Part shown: piece by piece, positions 25,801-40,800 of the stretch
Numbering within the stretch: position 1 is the first letter of the stretch
Layout: each line of letters begins with the position of its first letter
NCBI RefSeq assembly: GCF_009914755.1
Contig: NC_060948.1
Reading direction: 5' to 3' (one strand)
DNA: 64,000 nt
From: the human T2T-CHM13v2.0 reference genome, Homo sapiens
Translations under genes and position numbers: made by a program
Notes under the pieces: model-generated
What the model was told of the DNA's origin: nothing
Seen by the model: the letters and a program-made list of their open reading frames with translations, nothing else
Database searches by the model: none

Positions 25801-28800
25801 GAAAGGAATCGAAACGAAAGGAATGGAGACAGATGGATGGAATGGAACAGAGAGCAATGGGATAGAATGGAATGGAATCATCTGGAATGGAATTGAATGG
25901 AATGGAATAATATGAAATGGAATGGAATGGAATGGAATGGAATGCCCTTGAATTAAATGGACTGGAATGGAATGGACTCGAACAGAGTGGAATGGAAAGT
26001 GTTGAGATAGAATGGAATGGACTCCTTTGGAATGGTGTAGTATGCAATGCAATCGACTGGCAGGGAATCAAAAGGAATGTAATGGAATGGATTGGACTGG
26101 AATGCAATGGACTCGAATAGATTGGAAACGGAATGCAAAGGAATGGAATGGAATAGTATGGAATGGAATGGAAAGGAATGGAGTGGAATAGACTAGAGTG
26201 GAATGGAATGGACTGGAAAGCAATGGACTGGAATGGAACTTTCTTGAATGGACTGGAATCAAACGGAATGTAATGCAATGCAATCAAATGGCATGGAATA
26301 AAATAGAATGAAAGAGAATCAAATGGAATTGAATCGAATGGAATCGAATGGATTGGAAAGGAATAGAATGGAATGGAATGGAATTGACTCAAATGGAATG
26401 GACTAGAATGGAATGGATTCGAATGGAAGGCAAAGGAATGGAATCTATTGGAATGGACTGTAATGGAATGGAATGGAAGGGATTGGAATGGACTCGAATG
26501 GAATGGACTGCAATAGAAAGGATTCGAATGGAATGAAAAAGAATTGAATGGAATAGAACAGAATGGAATCAAATCGAATGAAATGGAATGGAATAGAAAG
26601 GAATGGAATGAAATGGAATGGAAAGGATTCGAATGGAATGCAATCGAATGGAATGGAATCGAACGGAATGGAATAAAATGGAAGAAAACTGGCAAGAAAT
26701 GGAATCGAAATGAATGGAGTGTTATGGAACGGACTCAAAAGGAATTGAATGTAATAGAATGGAGTGGAGTGGACTCGAATATAATGGACTGGAATGGAAT
26801 GAAATCACATGGAATGGGAACGAATGGAATGGAATGGAAAGGAATGGAATCGAATGGAAAGGAATCGAATGGAAGGGAATGAAATTGAATCAACAGGAAT
26901 GGAAGGGAATAGAATAGACGGTAATGGAATGGACTCGAATAGAATGGACACGAATGCTCAAATTGAATGGACTCGAATGGAATGGAAACGAAAGGAATGT
27001 CATCGAATGGAATTGAATCGATTGGAATGAAATCGCATAGAATGGAGTGGAATCAAATGGAATTGAATCGAAAGGAAAGGAAGCGAATGGACTGAAATGA
27101 AATGGAATGGAATTGAATGGAAAGTAATGCAATGGAATAGAATGGAACGAAATTTCACGGAATGGAATCAAACTGAATGGAATCAAATCAATGGAATCTA
27201 ATCAAATGGAATGGAAAGGAATTGAATGGAGTAGATTGGATTGGATGGGATTGGAATGATATGTACTGGAAAGGACTCGAATTTCATGAAACGGAATGGA
27301 ATGAATTGGAACGGAATGGACTCGAATGGAATGGAATGTCATGGAATGGCATCAAATGGAATGGCATCAAATGGAATGGAATCGAATGCAATGGAATGTT
27401 ATGGAATGGAATGGAATGCATTGGAATGGAATGTCCTCTAATGGAATGGATTCGAGTGGAATGGAATCGAATATAATGGAGTCGAATGAAATGGAATTGA
27501 AAGGAATGGGATCGAATACAATGCAATATACTGGAATGTAATGTAATGAACTCGAATGTAATTGACTGGAATGGAATGTACATGAATGGAATGTAATCGA
27601 ATGGAAAGTAATCCAATGGAATAGAATCTAATGCAATAAAACCGACTCAGATAGAGTAGAATGTAATGGAATGGAGTGCAGTGCAATGGAATGGAATGGA
27701 ATGGAATGCAATGGAATGGAATGGAATGGAATGGAATGGAATGGAATGGAATGGAATGGAATGGGATGGAATGGTATGGAATGGATAGTAATGGACTGGA
27801 GTGAAATGGACTGGAAAGGAATGGACTCAAATTGAAAGGGCTCGAAAGGAATGGAGTCAAATGGAATGGTCTGGAATGGAATGAACACGAATGTAATGCA
27901 ATCCAATAGAATGGAATCGAATGGCATGGAATATAAAGAAATGGAATCGAAGAGAATGGAAACAAATGGAATGGAATTGAATGGAATGGAATTGAATGGA
28001 ATGGGAACGAATGGAGTGAAATTGTATGCAGTAGAAGGGAATAGAATGGAATGCAAGCGAAAGGAAAGGAATGGATTGGAATGGAATGGAATTCATTGGA
28101 ATGGAAGGGAATGTAGTGTAATGGACAGGCCTGGAATAAAGTGGAATGCTACGGTCTCGAATGGAATAAAAATGTATGGAATGGAATGCAATGAAACGGA
28201 ATCGAATGTCATAGAATGTAATGGAATGCAAAAAAATGGAATCCAAAATCATTGACTGGAAAGGCTGGGTGTCGAAAGGAATTGACTCCAATGGAATGGA
28301 ATCGAATGGAATGGAAGTGAATAGAATCGAACTAAATCGAATGGAATGGAATTGATAGGAACGGAATGGAAAGGAATGCAATGATTTGGCATGGAATGGA
28401 ATCGAATGGCATCGAATGGAATGCAATGGAATGGAATGTATTAGAATGGAATGAACTTTAATGGAATGTACTCGAATGGATTCGACTGGAATGGAATGTT
28501 CTGAAAGTGAATGGACTCCAATGGAATGGATTCAAAAGGAATGGAATCGTACGGAATGGAATCTAATGGAATGGAATTAAATGGAAGTGAATCAAATTGA
28601 ATAGCACGGAATTGAATTGAATGGAATGGAATGCAATGGAATCTAATGAAACGGAAAGGAAAGGAATGGAATGGAATGGAATGGGCTGGAATGGAAAGGA
28701 ATCGAAACGAATGGAATGGAATCGAACTGAAGAGACTGGAATGGAATGCACTGGAATGGAAGGGAGTGTAATGGAAGGTTCTCGAAAAAAATGGAATCGA

Positions 28801-31800
28801 ATGGAATGGAATTGAATGGAACGGAATAGAGTCGAATGGAATTGAATGGAATGGAATGGACTAGAATGAAATGGATTCGAACCACAAGGAAGGGAGAGGA
28901 ATAGAATGGTCTCGAATTGAATGGAATCGTATGGAATGGCATCAAACGGAATGGAATGGACAGCCACGGAATGGAATGCACTCGAATGCAATGGAGTCGA
29001 AACTAATGGACTGGAATAGAATGGACTCGACTGGTACGGACTCCAATGGAATGGAATCGAATGGAAGGGAATTGAACGGAATGGACTCGAAGGGAAAAGA
29101 CTGCAATGGAAAGGTCTCGAATGGAATGGAAATTAATGGAATGGAATGGAATCGAATGAAATGGAGTCGAAAGGAATGGAATCGAATGGCAAGAAATCGA
29201 ATGTAATGGAATCGCAAGGAATTGATGTGAACGGAACGGAATGGAATGGAATCCAAAGGAATGGAATAGAATGGAATGGAATCGAATGCAAAGGACTCGA
29301 ATGGAAATCACTCGAATAGAATGCAATTTAATAAAATAGGATCAAATGTAATGGAATGGAATGGAAAGGAATCGAAACGAAAGGAATGGAGACAGATGGA
29401 ATGGAATGGAACAGAGAGCAATGGTATAGAATGGAATGGAATCATCTGGAATGGAATTGAATGGAATGGAATAATATGAAATGGAATGGAATGGAATGGA
29501 ATGGAATGCCCTTGAATTAAATGGACTGGAATGGAATGGACTCGAACAGAGTGGAATGGAAAGTGTTGAGATAGAATGGAATGGACTCCTTTGGAATGGT
29601 GTAGTATGCAATGCAATCGACTGGCAGGGAATCAAAAGGAATGTAATCGAATGGATTGGACTGGAATGCAATGGACTCGAATAGATTGGAAACGGAATGC
29701 AAAGGAATGGAATGGAATAGTATGGAATGGAATGGAAAGGAATGGAGTGGAATAGACTAGAGTGGAATGGAATGGACTGGAAAGCAATGGACTGGAATGG
29801 AACTTTCTTGAATGGACTGGAATCAAACGGAATGGAATGCAATGCAATCAAATGGCATGGAATAAAATAGAATGAAAGAGAATCAAATGGAATTGAATCG
29901 AATGGAATCGAATGGATTGGAAAGGAATAGAATGGAATGGAATGGAATGGACTAGAATGGAATGGATTCGAATGGAAGGCAAAGGAATGGAATCTATTGG
30001 AATGGACTGTAATGGAATGGAATGGAAGGGATTGGAATGGACTCGAATGGAATGGACTGCAATAGAAAGGATTCGAATGGAATGAAAAAGAATTGAATGG
30101 AATAGAACAGAATGGAATCAAATCGAATGAAATGGAATGGAATAGAAAGGAATGGAATGAAATGGAATGGAAAGGATTCGAATGGAATGCAATCGAATGG
30201 AATGGAATCGAACGGAATGGAATAAAATGGAAGAAAACTGGCAAGAAATGGAATCGAAATGAATGGAGTGTTATGGAACGGAGTCAAAAGGAATTGAATG
30301 TAATAGAATGGAGTGGAGTGGCCTCGAATATAATGGACTGGAATGGAATGAAATCACATGGAATGGGAACGAATGGAATGGAATGGAAAGGAATGGAATC
30401 GAATGGAAAGGAATCGAATGGAAGGGAATGAAATTGAATCAACAGGAATGGAAGGGAATAGAATAGACGGTAATGGAATGGACTCGAATAGAATGGACAC
30501 GAATGCTCAAATTGAATGGACTCGAATGGAATGGAAACGAAAGGAATGTCATCGAATGGAATTGAATCGATTGGAATGAAATCGCATAGAATGGAGTGGA
30601 ATCAAATGGAATTGAATCGAAAGGAAAAGAAGCCAATGGACTGAAATGAAATGGAATGGAATTGAATGGAAAGTAATGCAATGGAATAGAATGGAACGAA
30701 ATTTCACGGAATGGAATCAAACTGAATGGAATCAAATCAATGGAATCAAATCAAATGGAATGGAAAGGAATTGAATGGAGTAGATTGGATTGGATGGGAT
30801 TGGAATGAAATGTACTGGAAAGGACTCGAATTTCATGAAACGGAATGGAATGAATTGGAACGGAATGGACTCGAATGGAATGGAATGTCATGGAATGGCA
30901 TCAAATGGAATGGCATCAAATGGAATGGAATCGAATGCAATGGAATGCTATGGAATGGAATGGAATGCATTGGAATGGAATGTCCTCTAATGGAATGGAT
31001 TCGAGTGGAATGGAATCGAATATAATGGAGTCGAATGAAATGGAATTGAAAGGAATGGGATCGAATACAATGGAATATACTGGAATGTAATGTAATGAAC
31101 TCGAATGTAATTGACTGGAATGGAATGTACATGAATGGAATGTAATCGAATGGAAAGTAATCCAATGGAATAGAATCTAATGCAATAAAATCGACTCAGA
31201 TAGAGTAGAATGTAATGGAATGGAGTGCAGTGCAATGGAATGGAATGGAATGGAATGCAATGGAATGGAATGGAATGGAATGGAATGGAATGGAATGGAA
31301 TGGAATGGAATGGGATGGAATGGTATGGAATGGATAGTAATGGACTGGAGTGAAATGGACTGGAAAGGAATGGACTCAAATTGAAAGAGCTCGAAAGGAA
31401 TGGAGTCAAATGGAATGGTCTGGAATGGAATGAACACGAAAGTAATGCAATCCAATAGAATGGAATCGAATGGCATGGAATATAAAGAAATGGAATCGAA
31501 GAGAATGGAAACAAATGGAATGGAATTGAATGGAATGGAATTGAATGGAATGGGAACGAATGGAGTGAAATTGTATGCAGTAGAAGGGAATAGAATGGAA
31601 TGCAAGCGAAAGGAAAGGAATGGATTGGAATGGAATGGAATTCATTGGAATGGAAGGGAATGTAGTGTAATGGACAGGCCTGGAATAAAGTGGAATGCTA
31701 CGGTCTCGAATGGAATAAAAATGTATGGAATGGAATGCAATGAAACGGAATCGAATGTCATAGAATGTAATGGAATGCAAAAAAATGGAATCCAAAATCA

Positions 31801-34800
31801 TTGACTGGAAAGGCTGGGTGTCGAAAGGAATTGACTCCAATGGAATGGAATCGAATGGAATGGAAGTGATAGAATCGAACTAAATCGAATGGAATGGAAT
31901 TGATAGGAACGGAATGGAAAGGAATGCAATGATTTGGCATGGAATGGAATCGAATGGCATCGAATGGAATGGAATGGAATGCAATGGAATGGAATGTATT
32001 AGAATGTAATGAACTTTAATGGAATGTACTCGAATGGATTCGACTGGAATGGAATGTTCTGCAAGTGAATGGGCTCCAATGGAATGGATTCAAAAGGAAT
32101 GGAATCGTACGGAATGGAATCTAATGGAATGGATTTAAATGGAAATGAATCAAATTGAATAGCACGGAATTGAATTGAATGGAATTGAATGCAATGGAAT
32201 CTAATGAAACGGAAAGGAATGGAATGGAATGGAATGGAATGGAATGGGCTGGAATTTAAAGGAATCGAAACGAATGGAATGGAATCGAACTGAAGAGACT
32301 GGAATGGAATGCACTGGAATGGAAGGGAGTGTAATGGAAGGTTCTCGAAAGAAATGGAATCGAATGGAATGGAATTGAATGGAACGGAATAGATTCGAAT
32401 GGAATTGAATGGAATGGAATGGACTAGAGTGAAATGGAATCGAACCACAAGGAATGGACAGGAATAGAATGGTCTCGAATTGAATGGAATCATATGGAAT
32501 GGCATCCAACGGAATGGAATGGACAGCCACGGAATGGAATGCACTCGAATGCAATGGAGTCGAAACTAATGGACTGGAATAGAATGGACTCGACTGGTAC
32601 GGACTCCAATGGAATGGAATCGAATGGAAGGGAATCGAACGGAATGGACTCGCAGGGAAAAGACTGCAATGGAAAGGTCTCGAATGGAATGGAAATTAAT
32701 GGAATGGAATGGAATCGAATGAAATGGAGTCAAAAGGAATGGAATTGAATGGCAAGAAATCGAATGTAATGGAATCGCAAGGAATTGATGTGAACGGAAC
32801 GGAATGGAATGGAATCCAAAGGAATGGAATAGAATGGAATGGAATCGAATGGAAAGGACTCGAATGGAAATCACTCGAATAGAATGCAATTTAATAAAAT
32901 AGGATCAAATGTAATGGAATGGAATGGAAAGGAATGGAAACGAAAGGAATGGAGACAGATGGAATGGAATGGAACAGAGAGCAATGGTATAGAATGGAAT
33001 GGAATCATCTGGAATGGAATTGAATGGAATGGAATAATATGAAATGGAATGGAATGGAATGGAATGGAATGCCCTTGAATTAAATGGACTGGAATGGAAT
33101 GGACTCGAACAGAGTGGAATGGAAAGTGTTGAGATAGAATGGAATGGACTCCTTTGGAATGGTGTAGTATGCAATGCAATCGACTGGCAGGGAATCAAAA
33201 GGAATGTAATCGAATGGATTGGACTGGAATGCAATGGACTCGAATAGATTGGAAACGGAATGCAAAGGAATGGAATGGAATAGTATGGAATGGAATGGAA
33301 AGGAATGGAGTGGAATAGACTAGAGTGGAATGGAATGGACTGGAAAGCAATGGACTGGAATGGAACTTTCTTGAATGGACTGGAATCAAACGGAATGGAA
33401 TGCAATGCAATCAAATGGCATGGAATAAAATAGAATGAAAGAGAATCAAATGGAATTGAATCGAATGGAATCGAATGGATTGGAAAGGAATAGAATGGAA
33501 TGGAATGGAATTGACTCAAATGGAATGGACTAGAATGGAATGGATTCGAATGGAAGGCAAAGGAATGGAATCTATTGGAATGGACTGTAATGGAATGGAA
33601 TGGAAGGGATTGGAATGGACTCGAATGGAATGGACTGCAATAGAAAGGATTCGAATGGAATGAAAAAGAATTGAATGGAATAGAACAGAATGGAATCAAA
33701 TCGAATGAAATGGAATGGAATAGAAAGGAATGGAATGAAATGGAATGGAAAGGATTCGAATGGAATGCAATCGAATGGAATGGAATCGAACGGAATGGAA
33801 TAAAATGGAAGAAAACTGGCAAGAAATGGAATCGAAATGAATGGAGTGTTATGGAACGGACTCAAAAGGAATTGAATGTAATAGAATGGAGTGGAGTGGA
33901 CTCGAATATAATGGACTGGAATGGAATGAAATCACATGGAATGGGAACGAATGGAATGGAATGGAAAGGAATGGAATCGAATGGAAAGGAATCGAATGGA
34001 AGGGAATGAAATTGAATCAACAGGAATGGAAGGGAATAGAATAGATGGTAATGGAATGGACTCGAATAGAATGGACACGAATGCTCAAATTGAATGGACT
34101 CGAATGGAATGGAAAAGAAAGGAATGTCATCGAATGGAATTGAATCGATTGTAATGAAATCACTTAGAATCGAGTGGAATCAAATGGAATTGAATCGAAA
34201 GGAAAGGAAGCGAATGGACTGAAATGAAATGGAATGGAATTGAATGGAAAGTAATGCAATGGAATAGAATGGAGCGAAATTTCACGGAATGGAATCAAAC
34301 TGAATGGAATCAAATCAATGGAATCTAATCAAATGGAATGGAAAGGAATTGAATGGAGTAGATTGGATTGGATGGGATTGGAATGAAATGTACTGGAAAG
34401 GACTCGAATTTCATGAAACGGAATGGAATGAATTGGAACGGAATGGACTCGAATGGAATGGAATGTCATGGAATGGCATCAAATGGAATGGCATCAAATG
34501 GAATGGAATCGAATGCAATGGAATGTTATGGAATGGAATGGAATGCATTGGAATGGAATGTCCTCTAATGGAATGGATTCGAGTGGAATGGAATCGAATA
34601 TAATGGAGTCGAATGAAATGGAATTGAAAGGAATGGGATCGAATACAATGGAATATACTGGAATGTAATGTAATGAACTCGAATGTAATTGACTGGAATG
34701 GAATGTACATGAATGGAATGTAATCGAATGGAAAGTAATCCAATGGAATAGAATCTAATGCAATAAAACTGACTCAGATAGAGTAGAATGTAATGGAATG

Positions 34801-37800
34801 GAGTGCAGTGCAATGGTATGGAATGGAATTGAATGCAATGGAATGGAATGGAATGGAATGGAATGGAATGGAATGGAATGGGATGGAATGGTATGGAATG
34901 GATAGTAATGGACTGGAGTGAAATGGACTGGAAAGGAATGGACTCAAATTGAAAGGGCTCGAAAGGAATGGAGTCAAATGGAATGGTCTGGAATGGAATG
35001 AACACGAATGTAAGGCAACCCAATAGAATGGAATCGAATGGCATGGAATATAAAGAAATGGAATCGAAGAGAATGGAAACAAATGGAATGGAATTGAATG
35101 GAATGGAATTGAATGGAATGGGAACGAATGGAGTGAAATTGTATGCAGTAGAAGAGAATAGAATGGAATGCAAGCGAAAGGAAAGGAATGGATTGGAATG
35201 GAATGGAATTCATTGGAATGGAAGGGAATGTAGTGTAATGGACAGGCCTGGAATAAAGTGGAATGCTACGGTCTCGAATGGAATAAAAATGTATGGAATG
35301 GAATGCAATGAAACGGAATCGAATGTCATAGAATGTAATGGAATGCAACAAAATGGAATCCAAAATCATTGACTGGAAAGGCTGGGTGTCGAAAGGAATT
35401 GACTCCAATGGAATGGAATCGAATGGAATGGAAGTGAATAGAATCGAACTAAATCGAATGGAATGGAATTGATAGGAACGGAATGGAAAGGAATGCAATG
35501 ATTTGGCATGGAATGGAATCGAATGGCATCGAATGGAATGGAATGGAATGCAATGGAATGGAATGTATTAGAATGTAATGAACTTTAATGGAATGTACTC
35601 GAATGGATTCGACTGGAATGGAATGTTCTGGAAGTGAATGGACTCCAATGGAATGGATTCAAAAGGAATGGAATCGTACGGAATGGAATCTAATGGAATG
35701 GAATTAAATGGAAATGAATCAAATTGAATAGCACGGAATTGAATTGAATGGAATGGAATGCAATGGAATCTAATGAAACGGAAAGGAAAGGAATGGAATG
35801 GAATGGAATGGGCTGGAATGGAAAGGAATCGAAACGAATGGAATGGAATCGAACTGAAGAGACTGGAATGGAATGCACTGGAATGGAAGGGAGTGTAATG
35901 GAAGGTTCTCGAAAAAAATGGAATCGAATGGAATGGAATTGAATGGAACGGAATAGAGTCGAATGGAATTGAATGGAATGGAATGGACTAGAGTGAAATG
36001 GAATCGAACCACAAGGAATGGACAGGAATAGAATGGTCTCAAATTGAATGGGATCGTATGGAATGGCATCAAACGGAATGGAATGGACAGCCACGGAATG
36101 GAATGCACTCGAATGCAATGGAGTCGAAACTAATGGACTGGAATAGAATGGACTCGACTGGTACGGACTCCAATGGAATGGAATCGAATGGAAGGGAATC
36201 GAACGGAATGGACTCGAAGGGAAAAGACTGCAATGGAAAGGTCTCGAATGGAATGGAAATTAATGGAATGGAATGGAATCGAATGAAATGGAGTCAAAAG
36301 GAATGGAATCGAATGGCAAGAAATCGAATGTAATGGAATCGCAAGGAATTGATGTGAACGGAACGGAATGGAATGGAATCCAAAGGAATGGAATAGAATG
36401 GAATGGAATCGAATGGAAAGGACTCGAATGGAAATCACTCGAATAGAATGCAATTTAATAAAATAGGATCAAATGTAATGGAATGGAATGGAAAGGAATC
36501 GAAACGAAAGGAATGGAGACAGATGGAATGGAATGGAACAGAGAGCAATGGTATAGAATGGAATGGAATCATCTGGAATGGAATTGAATGGAATGGAATA
36601 ATATGAAATGGAATGGAATGGAATGGAATGGAATGCCCTTGAATTAAATGGACTGGACTCGAACAGAGTGGAATGGAAAGTGTTGAGATAGAATGGAATG
36701 GACTCCTTTGGAATGGTGTAGTATGCAATGCAATCGACTGGCATGGAATCAAAAGGAATGTAATGGAATGGATTGGACTGGAATGCAATGGACTCGAATA
36801 GATTGGAAACGGAATGCAAAGGAATGGAATGGAATAGTATGGAATGGAATGGAAAGGAATGGAGTGGAATAGACTAGAGTGGAATGGAATGGACTGGAAA
36901 GCAATGGACTGGAATGGAACTTTCTTGAATGGACTGGAATCAAACGGAATGGAATGCAATGCAATCAAATGGCATGGAATAAAATAGAATGAAAGAGAAT
37001 CAAATGGAATTGAATCGAATGGAATCGAATGGATTGGAAAGGAATAGAATGGAATGGAATGGAATTGACTCAAATGGAATGGACTAGAATGGAATGGATT
37101 CGAATGGAAGGCAAAGGAATGGAATCTATTGGAATGGACTGTAATGGAATGGAATGGAAGGGATTGGAATGGACTCGAATGGAATGGACTGCAATAGAAA
37201 GGATTCGAATGGAATGAAAAAGAATTGAATGGAATAGAACAGAATGGAATCAAATCGAATGAAATGGAATGGAATAGAAAGGAATGGAATGAAATGGAAT
37301 GGAAAGGATTCGAATGGAATGCAATCGAATGGAATGGAATCGAACGGAATGGAATAAAATGGAAGAAAACAGGCAAGAAATGGAATCGAAAGGAATGGAG
37401 TGTTATGGAACGGACTCAAAAGGAATTGAATGTAATAGAATGGAGTGGAGTGGACTCGAATATAATGGACTGGAATGGAATGAAATCACATGGAATGGGA
37501 ACGAATGGAATGGAATGGAAAGGAATGGAATCGAATGGAAAGGAATCGAATGGAAGGGAATGAAATTGAATCAACAGGAATGGAAGGGAATAGAATAGAC
37601 GGTAATGGAATGGACTCGAATAGAATGGACACGAATGCTCAAATTGAATGGACTCGAATGGAATGGAAACGAAAGGAATGTCATCGAATGGAATTGAATC
37701 GATTGGAATGAAATCGCATAGAATGGAGTGGAATCAAATGGAATTGAATCGAAAGGAAAGGAAGCGAATGGACTGAAATGAAATGGAATGGAATTGAATG

Positions 37801-40800
37801 GAAAGTAATGCAATGGAATAGAAGGGAACGAAATTTCACGGAATGGAATCAAACTGAATGGAATCAAATCAATGGAATCAAATCAAATGGAATGGAAAGG
37901 AATTGAATGGAGTAGATTGGATTGGATGGGATTGGAATGAAATGTACTGGAAAGGACTCGAATTTCATGAAACGGAATGGAATGAATTGGAACGGAATGG
38001 ACTCGAATGGAATGGAATGTCATGGAATGGCATCAAATGGAATGGCATCAAATGGAATGGAATCGAATGCAATGGAATGCTATGGAATGGAATGGAATGC
38101 ATTGGAATGGAATGTCCTCTAATGGAATGGATTCGAGTGGAATGGAATCGAATATAATGGAGTCGAATGAAATGGAATTGAAAGGAATGGGATCGAATAC
38201 AATGGAATATAGTGGAATGTAATGTAATGAACTCGAATGTAATTGACTGGAATGGAATGTACATGAATGGAATGTAATCGAATGGAAAGTAATCCAATGG
38301 AATAGAATCTAATGCAATAAAATCGACTCAGATAGAGTAGAATGTAATGGAATGGAGTGCAGTGCAATGGAATGGAATGGAATGGAATGCAATGGAATGG
38401 AATGGAATGGAATGGAATGGAATGGGATGGAATGGTATGGAATGGACAGTAATGGACTGGAGTGAAATGGACTGGAAAGGAATGGACTCAAATTGAAAGG
38501 GCTCGAAAGGAATAGAGACAAATGGAATGGTCTGGAATGGAATGAACACGAATGTAATGCAATCCAATAGAATGGAGTCGAATGGCATGGAATATAAAGA
38601 AATGGAATCGAAGAGAATGAAAACAACTGGAATGGAATTGAATGGAATGGAATTGAATGGAATGGGAACGAATGGAGTGAAATTGTATGCAGTAGAAGAG
38701 AATAGAATGGAATGCAAGCGAAAGGAAAGGAATGGATTGGAATGGAATGGAATTCATTGGAATGGAAGGGAATGTAGTGTAATGGACAGGCCTGGAATAA
38801 AGTGGAATGCTACGGTCTCGAATGGAATAAAAATGTATGGAATGGAATGCAATGAAACGGAATCGAATGTCATAGAATGTAATGGAATGCAAAAAAATGG
38901 AATCCAAAATCATTGACTGGAAAGGCTGGGTGTCGAAAGGAATTGACTCCAATGGAATGGAATCGAATGGAATGGAAGTGAATAGAATCGAACTAAATCG
39001 AATGGAATGGAATTGATAGGAACGGAATGGAAAGGAATGCAATGATTTGGCATGGAATGGAATCGAATGGCATCGAATGGAATGGAATGGAATGCAATGG
39101 AATGGAATGTATTAGAATGTAATGAACTTTAATGGAATGTACTCGAATGGATTCGACTGGAATGGAATGTTCTGGAAGTGAATGGACTCCAATGGAATGG
39201 ATTCAAAAGGAATGGAATCGTACGGAATGGAATCTAATGGAATGGAATTAAATGGAAATGAATCAAATTGAATAGCACGGAATTGAATTGAATGGAATGG
39301 AATGCAATGGAATCTAATGAAACGGAAAGGAAAGGAATGGAATGGAATGGAATGGGCTGGAATGGAAAGGAATCGAAACGAATGGAATGGAATCGAACTG
39401 AAGAGACTGGAATGGAATGCACTGGAATGGAAGGGAGTGTAATGGAAGGTTCTCGAAAAAAATGGAATCGAATGGAATGGAATTGAATGGAACGGAATAG
39501 AGTCGAATGGAATTGAATGGAATGGAATGGACTAGAGTGAAATGACATCGAACCACAAGGAATGGACAGGAATAGAATGGTCTCGAATTGAATGGGATCG
39601 TTTGGAATGGCATCAAACGGAATGGAATGGACAGCCACGGAATGGAATGCACTCGAATGCAATGGAGTCGAAACTAATGGACTGGAATAGAATGGACTCG
39701 ACTGGTACGGACTCCAATGGAATGGAATCGAATGGAAGGGAATCGAACGGAATGGACTCGAAGGGAAAAGACTGCAATGGAAAGGTCTCGAATGGAATGG
39801 AAATTAATGGAATGGAATGGAATCGAATGAAATGGAGTCAAAAGGAATGGAATCGAATGGCAAGAAATCGAATGTAATGGAATCGCAAGGAATTGATGCG
39901 AACGGAACGGAATGGAATGGAATCCAAAGGAATGGAATAGAATGGAATGGAATCGAATGGAAAGGACTCGAATGGAAATCACTCGAATAGAATGCAATTT
40001 AATAAAATAGGATCAAATGTAATGGAATGGAATGGAAAGGAATCGAAACGAAAGGAATGGAGACAGATGGAATGGAATGGAACAGAGAGCAATGGTATAG
40101 AATGGAATGGAATCATCTGGAATGGAATTGAATGGAATGGAATAATATGAAATGGAATGGAATGGAATGGAATGGAATGCCCTTGAATTAAATGGACTGG
40201 ACTCGAACAGAGTGGAATGGAAAGTGTTGAGATAGAATGGAATGGACTCCTTTGGAATGGTGTAGTATGCAATGCAATCGACTGGCATGGAATCAAAAGG
40301 AATGTAATGGAATGGATTGGACTGGAATGCAATGGACTCGAATAGATTGGAAACGGAATGCAAAGGAATGGAATGGAATAGTATGGAATGGAATGGAAAG
40401 GAATGGAGTGGAATAGACTAGAGTGGAATGGAATGGACTGGAAAGCAATGGACTGGAATGGAACTTTCTTGAATGGACTGGAACCAAACGGAATGGAATG
40501 CAATGCAATCAAATGGCATGGAATAAAATAGAATGAAAGAGAATCAAATGGAATTGAATCGAATGGAATCGAATGGATTGGAAAGGAATAGAATGGAATG
40601 GAATGGAATTGACTCAAATGGAATGGACTAGAATGGAATGGATTCGAATGGAAGGCAAAGGAATGGAATCTATTGGAATGGACTGTAATGGAATGGAATG
40701 GAAGGGATTGGAATGGACTCGAATGGAATGGACTGCAATAGAAAGGATTCGAATGGAATGAAAAAGAATTGAATGGAATAGAACAGAATGGAATCAAATC

